This document shows, piece after piece, positions 50,367 to 59,592 of a stretch of 64,000 bases of DNA. Position 1 is the first letter of the stretch; each line of letters starts with the position of its first letter. A model generated the notes under the pieces. The model had not been told where the DNA came from. It made no database searches and saw only the letters and a program-made list of their open reading frames with translations. Source of the stretch: Bdellovibrionales bacterium (lineage in GTDB: Bacteria > Bdellovibrionota > Bdellovibrionia > Bdellovibrionales > UBA1609); the NCBI GenBank assembly GCA_965199825.1, contig OZ241329.1:416001-480000 (forward strand), in the 5' to 3' direction. The translations under genes and the position numbers were made by a program.

Positions 50367-52502
50367 TTAGTTCGGCACACATCCTAACACAGCTTCCATT
50401 TCTCCACCCGCCTTTAAGCCCTCATTCAGATCGGTCGAGATGAGGTGATCCCCATTCGATGGAATAAAAAATCGATACAGGGCTGAAGTCTGATTTTTTT
50501 GTCTTTGATAAATCGCACCATAGCTCGATTCGAAGTGTTGTCCTTCACAGTCTGGACTGATCGAAGCAAAGTGAAGTCCACTCGACTCCACAACACATCG
50601 GTTGAGATTCATTGTTAAGGCCTGATTATTTTGACTTACAACTTTGAGGACAGGTGCACCCTTATTTTCAAGGAACCAAGTGGGAAGACTCACTTCGTTG
50701 TTGATCACCGAATACAGATGGAGTCCGTTGGTCGTATTAAAAAATCGATAGATACCTTGAGTGTCGTAGCCGGGGTTTGAAGCAAATTGATTTACAACAC
50801 CGGGTTGGATGAGCGCATGAATTTGTGTTTCAGAACTTAAGGATGCGCTGTCACTCGAAACTGATAGAAAATGAACAATACAATCGCCCGCGTTGACGTT
50901 GATAAATGTGGATTGATAAATTGGACTTTGCAAAACACCTTGGGTTCCTGCTGGATCACGAAATTGCACATTTGCCACTTTGGTCATTTCACTTGCTTGA
51001 GCTGAAAAATCACCAGATGTCCATGGTGTTGGATGAGAACATTTACGATCAATATAAAAATCATGTGTGGTTCCCCAAGCTTGATTTGAAGTTCCTTGAC
51101 CAGGGATGGTTTGATTACTGATTGATCCATAAAGCGCAAGCAAGGTTCCCGAAGTTTCGATTGGAATGGATCGAGCAAAAAGAAAATTGCCAGACTTTTG
51201 TGGCGTTGAAATAAAACCGCATGTGTTGGGTTGCATACCTGTGCAAAATTCATCGCCTGGCGCGACCAAAACAGCTGTGGCTGGTCCATTATTAATCAAA
51301 TCAAGAACCAGGTGACTTTCCATTCGCAGATGTGAGTCGCCCACAAATCCACCATCCATAATGATAAATGCGCAACCGCCCACAGGAAGAGCCGCAGGAA
51401 AAGAGAAATTGATGCTTTGATTTTTTTGATCGTTGTAGAGACCCTTTACAATAAATGTAGCTAAAGTAATTTTGTTGAATTGATCTTCATTAATTCCTAA
51501 TGCATCTTCAATTGCTTGATAATTTCCTCCACCAAAAGACTGGCCGTTAAGAGCACAGGCGGCAGGAGAACTTCCGATTGTTGCAAGTAAATTAAATTCT
51601 GAGGTGCCTTGTTCTCCGTTTACAACTCCAGCATGAAGGCTACCATGGATACCGACCGTCCCTGTGGTACCGGCTGGGAGTGGAAACGAGTAAATATATT
51701 TTTTAAATTGGCCCGCATCGCGATTCACTTGAGCCGAAAGACTGACGCTTGCGGTGGACGGTAAATCTGGAAGAACGCCACCAGCAGCATGAGTCGCCAA
51801 AACTGTTTCGCCCGAATAAAATGTTGAGGATAAAGTTTGCCCCACCATTGCGATCGCTCCCCCACAATACTGATAAAAATCTTGGGCACGAGTGGCACAA
51901 GCATTTTGATCTCCTGAGGCATTATTTAGAATATCAACCACTGTTGTGTTGGCCAATTCGGAATGTGCAGGGCAAGGACCAATCGTAATTTGACAAGAAG
52001 TTGAAGTTCCAAGTGCAACTGTACCTTGATCCGATGAAACAACTAAGTGTGGAGCTGAAGCCTGCAGATTGTATGAAACATTCGTATGCCCACCAGTTGC
52101 AGTCTGAAAATATAATTTTCCATTTTGGGTGAGTGTGATGTTTCCATCTTCACCAAGTGAGGCCACACATCCAGAAGAGCAATCCCGACCCGAAGTATGC
52201 GAAGTCCAAAGAACCGCTGAATCTTTTGTCATCACCAAATTTCCGTCAGTCTGAAGCTTGAGTTGAATTGATCCTTGTTGCAGCCACTGGTTGGCCACAA
52301 TACTTTGTGCCCGTAATTGTGAAACTTGAGGGGCTACCGATGAAGACGGCGAGGCTGAAGGAGATGGTGAGGGTGCGGGGTTTGCGACTGAGCTCGAAGA
52401 GAGCTGGGTCGAAGAGACTAACGAAGAAATTGATTTGAACCCACCGCCTGTGCACGCCACCATCGCGGTTTGTATCAAAATAAGAATTAAATATTTTTTC
52501 AT
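50367..52502 (-). CDS. Lipoprotein with bulb-type lectin domain and C-terminal DUF5648-like repeats
   Basis: Lipobox MVAC, LQTDGNLV...LWTSHT, 'YRFFN...HLYS' repeats. Confidence 0.75.
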   Translation of the reverse strand: MKKYLILILIQTAMVACTGGGFKSISSLVSSTQLSSSSVANPAPSPSPSASPSSSVAPQVSQLRAQSIVANQWLQQGSIQLKLQTDGNLVMTKDSAVLWTSHTSGRDCSSGCVASLGEDGNITLTQNGKLYFQTATGGHTNVSYNLQASAPHLVVSSDQGTVALGTSTSCQITIGPCPAHSELANTTVVDILNNASGDQNACATRAQDFYQYCGGAIAMVGQTLSSTFYSGETVLATHAAGGVLPDLPSTASVSLSAQVNRDAGQFKKYIYSFPLPAGTTGTVGIHGSLHAGVVNGEQGTSEFNLLATIGSSPAACALNGQSFGGGNYQAIEDALGINEDQFNKITLATFIVKGLYNDQKNQSINFSFPAALPVGGCAFIIMDGGFVGDSHLRMESHLVLDLINNGPATAVLVAPGDEFCTGMQPNTCGFISTPQKSGNFLFARSIPIETSGTLLALYGSISNQTIPGQGTSNQAWGTTHDFYIDRKCSHPTPWTSGDFSAQASEMTKVANVQFRDPAGTQGVLQSPIYQSTFINVNAGDCIVHFLSVSSDSASLSSETQIHALIQPGVVNQFASNPGYDTQGIYRFFNTTNGLHLYSVINNEVSLPTWFLENKGAPVLKVVSQNNQALTMNLNRCVVESSGLHFASISPDCEGQHFESSYGAIYQRQKNQTSALYRFFIPSNGDHLISTDLNEGLKAGGEMEAVLGCVPN

Positions 52503-52612
52503 CAGATCCCCCGGCTTTCACAATTAGAAATTGCAACGGGTGGACCTGTTCACTTGTAATTTAAATCAACTCGCCAATTTAAGTTCGACACCTGTTAGGA
52601 TACTCGACAGTG
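52503..52612 (-). promoter_or_regulatory. sigma54-type promoter with candidate upstream activator site
   Basis: Minus strand AGGTCCACCCGTTGCA (GG-N10-GC); 45 bp nearly identical to 54737-54781; plus-strand ATACTCGACAGTG conserved at the same offset. Confidence 0.65.
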
Positions 52613-52636
52613 AGTCTCGTTTTAAGAATCCTATTT

Positions 52637-54736
52637 TCAATTGGGTGCATATCCCATAATGCCTTCCAGATTTTGGCCGGATTTTAATCCCTCATTGATA
52701 TCAGTCGTAATCAAATGGTCTCCAGTCACAGTATCAAAAAAGCGATAAAGAGCACTGGAATTTGATTTTTGCCGTTGAAGAATGGATCCCATCACTGATT
52801 CTTTTTGTTGTCCTTCGCAAGCCGGATCGGTGGTCAGAAGATGCTGTCCATTACCGTTGTTCACACATCGATACAATAACGAGCTCGAAGCTCCAGCCGC
52901 ATTCAAAATATGAAATACCGGTGCGCCATTATTTTCTAAAGACCATGGATTGCTAGAAACTTCGGACGCTAATATTGAAAATAAATGAGTGCCGTCGTTT
53001 GAATTAAAAAATCTAAAAATATCTGTGTTTGTCGAACTTGGTCTTGAAGCAAAATCGGTGACCAAACCGGTTTGAATCAGCGCATGGATTTGGGTTTCGG
53101 TGCTCATCGGCATTGTTGCATTCTGAATCGACAAAACATGGATCAGACAATCGCCCGCATTCACGTCAACAAAGAGCGATTGATAAATCATACTTTGTCT
53201 TACACTTTGATTTCCTGAAGTATCATTCAATTGAAACTTTGCAAGTAAAGTCATCTTCGCGATTTGCGAACTATAGTCTCCATCGCCATAAACACTTTCG
53301 GGCATAGTCGAACAATTGCGATCAAGGTAGTAAGCGTGTGTCCCACCCCAAGGAGCCGAAGGCAATGGATCAGGAAGTGTTCCCTGACTGATCGTTCCAT
53401 AGAGACCCAACATTTTACCTTTGGTTTTAATCTGGACTGAACGAGCAAAAAGAGATTCACCGGATAAACGCGGTGAATTCGCCTGGCCACACGCTGTGCC
53501 GTTTGGAACGCCTGTGCAAAATTCATCGCCCGGTGCAACAAGTTGAGCGGTAGCACGACCATGATTGACCAGATCCACACTCAAATTAGCCGCCAAATTA
53601 AGATGAGAAAATCCGATAAATCCACCATCTAAAATCACAAACATGCACCCACTGACAGGTACTGCTGCAGGCAATGAAAAATTAATCGGAATCGTTCTTT
53701 GATCGTTGTGAACACCTTTTAATATAAAAGTTGAAAGAACCGTGTTGTTAAATGAATCAATATCCAAACCAAAATCACTCAAAATCAAATCGTAGCTGCC
53801 TGTGTAGGAACGCCCATTGAGAGGGCAAGCTTTAGGTGAAGCGCCTACAGTCACAAGTAAATCATAAGCAACATCGCCTTGCTGACCATCGACAACCCCT
53901 GCCGAAATATCACCATGAAATCCGACAACACCGACCGCACTCGCAGGTAATGGAAATGAAGACATGTACATTGTAAAACCATATTTATCGGTTGTGGCAT
54001 GAGCCGAAATATCAAAATTCAAATCGGGTTTTAAATCTTCAAGAGCTCCACCAACCAAGACGGCTGGAGCTGCAACTTCGCCAGTATAAAATGTTGAGCT
54101 GAAAGTTTGCCCAGGCATTTGTTCAGCACCGCCACACATATCATAAAAATTTTGGGTACGAGTGGCACAGTCTTGAGCGGTCAGAGCGCCATCAATTAAA
54201 GATGTTTGTGCAAGTTCTGAATGAGCGGGACATGTTCCAATCGAAATTTGACATGAAGTTGCATTGCCCACACTGACTTGGCCTTTATCATTTGATATCA
54301 AAAAGTGTGGGGCTTGAGCCTGCAAACTAAAAGAAGCGTTCGAATTCCCACCCGTAGAAGTTTGAAAATACAATTTTCCATTTTGTGAAAGAGTGATGTT
54401 GCCGTCATCATTTAAACTTGCAACGCAACCACTGGAACAATCGCGTCCCGCAGTGTGAGAGCTCCATAACACTCCACCATCTTTGGACATCACCAAATTT
54501 CCGTCTGTTTGCAGCTTGAGTTGAATTGATCCTTGCTGAAGCCACTGATTAGCCACAATACTTTGTGCCCCCAATCGTGAAGCTTGGGTTGCTACCGATG
54601 GAGAGGGCAAAGGCTCTGGGGTGGAGCTTGAAGAAAGCTGAGACGAAGACACCAAGGATGAGAGAGATTTAAACCCGCCGCTTGTGCAGGCAACTAAAGA
54701 TGACTGTATCAAAATGAGAATTAAATATTTTTTCAT
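52637..54736 (-). CDS. Paralogous bulb-type lectin lipoprotein
   Basis: Same architecture and near-identical N-terminus to 50367..52502. Confidence 0.75.
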   Translation of the reverse strand: MKKYLILILIQSSLVACTSGGFKSLSSLVSSSQLSSSSTPEPLPSPSVATQASRLGAQSIVANQWLQQGSIQLKLQTDGNLVMSKDGGVLWSSHTAGRDCSSGCVASLNDDGNITLSQNGKLYFQTSTGGNSNASFSLQAQAPHFLISNDKGQVSVGNATSCQISIGTCPAHSELAQTSLIDGALTAQDCATRTQNFYDMCGGAEQMPGQTFSSTFYTGEVAAPAVLVGGALEDLKPDLNFDISAHATTDKYGFTMYMSSFPLPASAVGVVGFHGDISAGVVDGQQGDVAYDLLVTVGASPKACPLNGRSYTGSYDLILSDFGLDIDSFNNTVLSTFILKGVHNDQRTIPINFSLPAAVPVSGCMFVILDGGFIGFSHLNLAANLSVDLVNHGRATAQLVAPGDEFCTGVPNGTACGQANSPRLSGESLFARSVQIKTKGKMLGLYGTISQGTLPDPLPSAPWGGTHAYYLDRNCSTMPESVYGDGDYSSQIAKMTLLAKFQLNDTSGNQSVRQSMIYQSLFVDVNAGDCLIHVLSIQNATMPMSTETQIHALIQTGLVTDFASRPSSTNTDIFRFFNSNDGTHLFSILASEVSSNPWSLENNGAPVFHILNAAGASSSLLYRCVNNGNGQHLLTTDPACEGQQKESVMGSILQRQKSNSSALYRFFDTVTGDHLITTDINEGLKSGQNLEGIMGYAPN

Positions 54737-54846
54737 CAGATCCCTCGGCTTTCACAATTAGAAATTGCAACGGGTGGACCTAGAGGCGTGTGCGAGGACC
54801 GCAGCTGCCGCAAAAAGTTAGACAGGAGTTCGAATACTCGACAGTG
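54737..54846 (-). promoter_or_regulatory. Duplicated sigma54-type promoter region
   Basis: Copy of the 52503-52612 elements at offset 2234. Confidence 0.65.
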
Positions 54847-54863
54847 TGTTTTGTAGTGGGATT

Positions 54864-54885
54864 TGTGAGTGAGGCGCCACTCACA
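54864..54885 (-). terminator. Hairpin downstream of ftsZ
   Basis: TGTGAGTG-AGGCGC-CACTCACA; no clear U-tract. Confidence 0.4.
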
Positions 54886-54899
54886 GCGCCCATAAACAA

Positions 54900-56303
54900 T
54901 TAAAGTTTGTTATCGTTTTCGGTGGTTTTACGCCGCCGTAAAAATGCAGGAATTTCGAGACTCTCCGAATCGAACGGAGCTTTGACCACTTCTTGAGCCA
55001 AGCGTTTTGCTGTGCTCAAAGGATCAAGCTCATCTTCAACATTCATCGAGAGCTGCTCTTGAGATTCTGGCTTATTACGAGATTGGCTTTCGCGATAGGC
55101 TCGTGCTTTGGCAAGCAAAATGTCTCGCGGAAGTGAAGCTTCGGTTTCCATATCTGAGGCCTCGAGCGGCGGCAGGGGTGGCAGCTCTTCAAGTGGAGCT
55201 TCGGTTTCCATCGGCTTCAAAGTTTCGAGCGGTGGCAGCTCGGGCATGGGTTCAGGCGGAAGTTGTGCCATTTGATTTTGCATCGCAAGTTGAGCTTCGG
55301 CCATGGCTTGAAGTTTGGTGATCTGATCGTTAACCATCAAACCTTCTTCGTTTCCAAAACCTGTGGCAATCACGGTGACGCTGACATTCGCTCCCATGCT
55401 TTCATCAATCACCGCACCAAAAATAATTTCGGCATCTTCGTGAGCCGCTTCGGTAATTAATGTTGAAGCCTCGTTGACTTCCCACAATGTAAGATCAGAT
55501 CCGCCGGTCACGTTGATAATGATTCCGGTCGCACCGTCGATCGAAATATTTTCGAGCAAGGGCGAAGAGATGGCTTGAGTCGCAGCTTCAACCGCGCGAT
55601 TTTCGCCAGTCGCAACACCAGAGCCCATGATCGCCATACCTTTAGCGGCCATCACGGTTCGAATATCTGCAAAATCTAAATTGATTAAACCACGAATGTT
55701 TATAAGATCAGAAATCCCTTTGACGGCATGAAGCAAAACTTGATCCGCACGCTTAAATGTTTCAAGAAGCGGAGTTTTTTCGCTCGAGACAGATAAAAGT
55801 TTTTGATTTGGAATTACAATGAGTGTGTCGACATTTTCTTTTAAGTCTTGAATTCCATAATCGGCTTGGCGTTTTCGTTTTTTACCCTCGAACATAAATG
55901 GACGAGTCACAACACCAATGGTCAATGCACCAAGTTCTTTTGCGATTTTGGCAACAACGGGTGCGCCCCCTGTGCCGGTTCCACCGCCCATGCCAGCGGT
56001 AACAAAAACCATGTCGGAGCCTTCAATGGCTTTAACAATATCGTTGTACGATTCGATTGCGGCACGTTTACCGATTTCGGGATTTGCTCCAGCGCCCAAA
56101 CCTTTTGTGAGTTCGCGACCCACCTGAATTTTGATATCGGCTTTGTTATGCTGAAGGGCTTGTCGATCGGTGTTGGCAACAATAAATTCCACACCAGTCA
56201 ATCCACCTTCGATCATGGTTTGAACAGCATTGCTGCCGCCGCCACCGATGCCGCAAACTTTTATACTCGCGCCAAAGTTGGTGTTCTCTTCCAACTCAAA
56301 CAT
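54900..56303 (-). CDS. ftsZ: Cell division protein FtsZ
   Basis: [23 protein letters not shown]-terminal LEIPAFLRR. Confidence 0.98.
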   Translation of the reverse strand: MFELEENTNFGASIKVCGIGGGGSNAVQTMIEGGLTGVEFIVANTDRQALQHNKADIKIQVGRELTKGLGAGANPEIGKRAAIESYNDIVKAIEGSDMVFVTAGMGGGTGTGGAPVVAKIAKELGALTIGVVTRPFMFEGKKRKRQADYGIQDLKENVDTLIVIPNQKLLSVSSEKTPLLETFKRADQVLLHAVKGISDLINIRGLINLDFADIRTVMAAKGMAIMGSGVATGENRAVEAATQAISSPLLENISIDGATGIIINVTGGSDLTLWEVNEASTLITEAAHEDAEIIFGAVIDESMGANVSVTVIATGFGNEEGLMVNDQITKLQAMAEAQLAMQNQMAQLPPEPMPELPPLETLKPMETEAPLEELPPLPPLEASDMETEASLPRDILLAKARAYRESQSRNKPESQEQLSMNVEDELDPLSTAKRLAQEVVKAPFDSESLEIPAFLRRRKTTENDNKL

Positions 56304-56314
56304 TTAAACCCTCC

Positions 56315-57556
56315 TCAAGAAAACAAATCTCTAATTTTTTGGGTGAAAGTCGAAAAAAACATCCCAAGATCATCTTGAGATTTATCGTTTCGCCTTTCAT
56401 TCGTGTTGAGTTTTGCATACTGCAAAATTCCAACAGCGCAGGCACAACTTGCAGATCGAACAACATCGGTCAGCCCACCGACTCGTTGGGGAATTCCTCG
56501 GCGAACGGGCACATCAAAAACATAATCACCCATTTCAACAAGTCCCTCGAGTTGGCTTGCTCCACCTGTTAACACAATTCCTGAACCAAGGCTTGCCATG
56601 AGGCCCCGACCTTCGAGTTCTCTTCGCACCAATGTCAAAGTTTCTTCGGCGCGCGCTTCGAGCACATCACAAAGGTCGCGACGCGCCAAGGTGCGAGGAT
56701 TACGCCCGCCCACACTTTCAACTTCGATCACTTCACTCGAATCAACCAGATCTGACAATGCATGACCAAATTTTTTCTTTAAGGCTTCGGCATGAACTTG
56801 GGTGGTTTTTAAACCCATCGCAACATCATGAGTAAAGTTTGATCCACCAACCGGAATGACAGCGGTATGCATCACACTTCCGTGGAGATACGTGATCAAA
56901 TCAACAGTTCCACCACCAAGATCAACGACGCACACTCCCAGATTTTTTTCGTCATCGCTCAGCACGGCAAGTGCCGTTGCATATTGTTGTAGAACTTTAC
57001 CTTCGATTGTTAATCCAGATTTTGTGATGCACTTTTCAAGATTCTGAACCGCAGAAAGACTTGCGGTCACGATATGAACAGAAGCTTCTAGGCGCACACC
57101 CGACATTCCGATAGGATCAAGAATTCCTTCTTGGCCATCGATTTTAAAACTTTTTGGTAAAACATGAAGCACTTCGCGATCGTTTGGAATGGCGACCGCT
57201 TTTGCGGCTTCGATCACGCGTGCGATATCTTCAGAGTCTACTTCTTTATTGCGAATCGCAATCATGCCGCCCGAATCAAATGATTGAACATGTGTGCCGC
57301 CAACGCCGAGCCATACATTCGTACACTGAACGCCCGCCATCAGCTCTGCTTCTTCGCGAGCTTTTTGAATTGCTTCACTTGTTGCATCGATATTTACGAC
57401 AACGCCTTGTTTTACGCCGAGGTGGGGTGCTGTACCAAGGCCGACGACTTCGAGTGCTTTCGTGTTGTCGTTTAAAACGCCAATTGCGAAAGTCACTTTG
57501 GTGGATCCGATATCGAGTGCGGCCAAAGTCAGAGACCGTTGAGATTGTTTAGCCAT
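56315..57556 (-). CDS. ftsA: Cell division protein FtsA
   Basis: LDIGSTK, PIGMSGVRLE, DLGGGT, VLTGGAS. Confidence 0.97.
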   Translation of the reverse strand: MAKQSQRSLTLAALDIGSTKVTFAIGVLNDNTKALEVVGLGTAPHLGVKQGVVVNIDATSEAIQKAREEAELMAGVQCTNVWLGVGGTHVQSFDSGGMIAIRNKEVDSEDIARVIEAAKAVAIPNDREVLHVLPKSFKIDGQEGILDPIGMSGVRLEASVHIVTASLSAVQNLEKCITKSGLTIEGKVLQQYATALAVLSDDEKNLGVCVVDLGGGTVDLITYLHGSVMHTAVIPVGGSNFTHDVAMGLKTTQVHAEALKKKFGHALSDLVDSSEVIEVESVGGRNPRTLARRDLCDVLEARAEETLTLVRRELEGRGLMASLGSGIVLTGGASQLEGLVEMGDYVFDVPVRRGIPQRVGGLTDVVRSASCACAVGILQYAKLNTNERRNDKSQDDLGMFFSTFTQKIRDLFS

Positions 57557-57631
57557 CCGAGCCTCATCATCCGTGTGAAGATCACTTTTCCAAATGATTT
57601 TGGAAACTTGAGTGGTCCCTTATGAAAAAGC

Positions 57632-58378
57632 CTAGGGTTGCTTACGCAGCTTGACAACTACTTTCTTTGCGTAGCGAGCGTCGATGACGCGACCCTTAAT
57701 GCGCTGCCCTTGCAGATATGCGAGCACTTGCTCCACATGATTTACACTTTCCGAAAGCGTGTCTTCAGAAACTTTCACAGTCAGACCATTGCCGATCAGA
57801 ATAAATGAAAATCCAGATTTATCAAAATGAACTTCTGAAACAGAAGCCTTCGAAAAATTTCCTTTTTCGGGAAGTTGCTCAATCAACTTCACCGCTTTTT
57901 CGCGCAAACTTTGATTGGTAAAAAATTGCGGCCCTCTGAGCGTTGGCCGATCCGGAGCTTGTGTCGGATGAAACGGCGGAAGAAGTGCGCCGTCATTAGT
58001 CACCGGATGCAGATCGCCATCTTGATCCAGCAAATTAAGGTTGCTCAGCTTTGGCCGAATGACAACCGTCACGCGATTAGGAAATGTGCGTAACACTTGG
58101 GTTGTTTGAATGCGCGGATCGAGCTCGATGGTCTTTAACACATCAGGCAAATTCAAATTCCAAACCCAAATATTTTCATAAGGCTTAAGTTGAACTCTCA
58201 TTGCATCATAGATTTTGTCGAAGGCGGCTTGTTCGTCTTTTGCGGTTTCATCAAGAACAAGCTCCACCGGCTTTGCCTTTAAAAATCCTTGGCTAAAAAT
58301 ATAATAAAAGATTGTGGCTGTACCTAGTATGGCCGCAAGACCTAGAAAAAACGAAAGCGAGATTTTAAATTTCCGCAT
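57632..58378 (-). CDS. ftsQ: Cell division protein FtsQ
   Basis: TM, POTRA 'PRI....V.RTFPNRVTV.I', C-terminal IDARY; synteny. Confidence 0.85.
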   Translation of the reverse strand: MRKFKISLSFFLGLAAILGTATIFYYIFSQGFLKAKPVELVLDETAKDEQAAFDKIYDAMRVQLKPYENIWVWNLNLPDVLKTIELDPRIQTTQVLRTFPNRVTVVIRPKLSNLNLLDQDGDLHPVTNDGALLPPFHPTQAPDRPTLRGPQFFTNQSLREKAVKLIEQLPEKGNFSKASVSEVHFDKSGFSFILIGNGLTVKVSEDTLSESVNHVEQVLAYLQGQRIKGRVIDARYAKKVVVKLRKQP

Positions 58379-58469
58379 GAGTTGAACTGTAGCTTAAGGA
58401 TTGGTGGCTTGTCTAATTTTTGGCGAGCGATGGTAGGGGTTTGGTTTAGGTTGGGTGGGCCTGCGGTTG

Positions 58470-59380
58470 ATTTTTGGCTTGGGGGGTTTTGTCGTGCCCG
58501 CTAAGTTTGGGTTTTGTGTTTAGGATTTTGTTGTGCCCGCTGGTTTGGGTTTTGTGTTTAGGATTTTGTCGTGCCCACAGAGTTTTGGAATTTTGGCTTG
58601 AGGGATTTTGTCGTGCCCGCTGGTTTGGGTTTTGTGTTTAGGATTTTGTCGTGCCCACACAGTTTTGGAATTTTGGCTTGAGGGATTTTGTCGTGCCCGC
58701 TGAGTTTGGGTTTTGTCTTGAGTATTTTGTCGTGCCCGCTAAGTTTGAAGGGAATTATTTGTCGTGCCCACAGAGTTTTGGAATTTTGGCTTGAGGGATT
58801 TTGTCGTGCCCGCTAAGTTTGAAGGGAATTATTTGTCGTGCCCGCTGAAGTTGAGGTTTTGTGTTGAGGATTTTGTCGTGCCCGCTAAGTTTGAAGAGAA
58901 TTATTTGTCGTGCCCGCTGAAGTTGAGGGGATCGACTTTGTGTTGCACGTGAGTTTTGTAGCTTGAAGGAATTTGTCGTGCCCGCCAGTCTAGAAAAATT
59001 TATGAACACGAAAAACTATATGCGATTTTTTATAAGTTCAAAAACTGATGTCGTGGCTGCGAGTTTTGAAATTGGCTTCAGAGATTTTGTCGTGCCCATG
59101 AGTGTGAAGGAATTGATTTTGTCGTGCCCCCTGAGGTGAGGGAACTGATCTTGTCGGGCCCGCTGTATTGTAAGGAAATTAAATTCTCGTGCCTGCGATT
59201 TTTGGAATTGTGGCTTGCAAAATTTTATCGTGCCCGCTGAGTTGGGAGAATTGATCCTATCGTGCCCGCGAGATTGGTATCCGCACTTTGAACAACTTCG
59301 TCGTGCCCGCTGAGTCTAGGTTAATTTTAAATTTCGATAACGTCGGCGCGATTTTCGAAAAATAAAATTCGTCGTGCCCA
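58470..59380 (+). repeat. Array of ~22 short direct repeats (core TTTGTCGTGCCCGC) with G/T-rich spacers
   Basis: Core starts at 58491, 58530, 58568, 58610, 58648, 58690, 58729, 58761, 58803, 58835, 58875, 58907, 58975, 59050, 59089, 59121, 59153, 59186, 59227, 59259, 59300, 59371 (some degenerate). Confidence 0.95.
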
Positions 59381-59592
59381 CAAAAAGTTATTGACGAGTT
59401 TTTTACCTCATAACATTCGCCTCCATTCGCGTTTCGTCACATAGCGATTGTTTTTCAAAGCAACGCCTCTCCCAAGCGCTTTCAAAACAAAATCTCCAAT
59501 GAAAATCGGCACGTCTGCCGACATTAGGCACTCTCTCAAAAACCGATTTTAAAAAACCCATGATACACTCTACTTATAAACAGGAGATATTT

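Noticed and set aside
58755..59009. Short ORFs inside the array (58755..59009 -, 58764..58952 +)
   Set aside because: By-products of the repeats; unit lengths of 32, 38 and 40 bp do not preserve frame.
58470..59380. Canonical CRISPR array
   Set aside because: The core is too short and non-palindromic, spacers are reused and low-complexity, and no cas genes are in the window.
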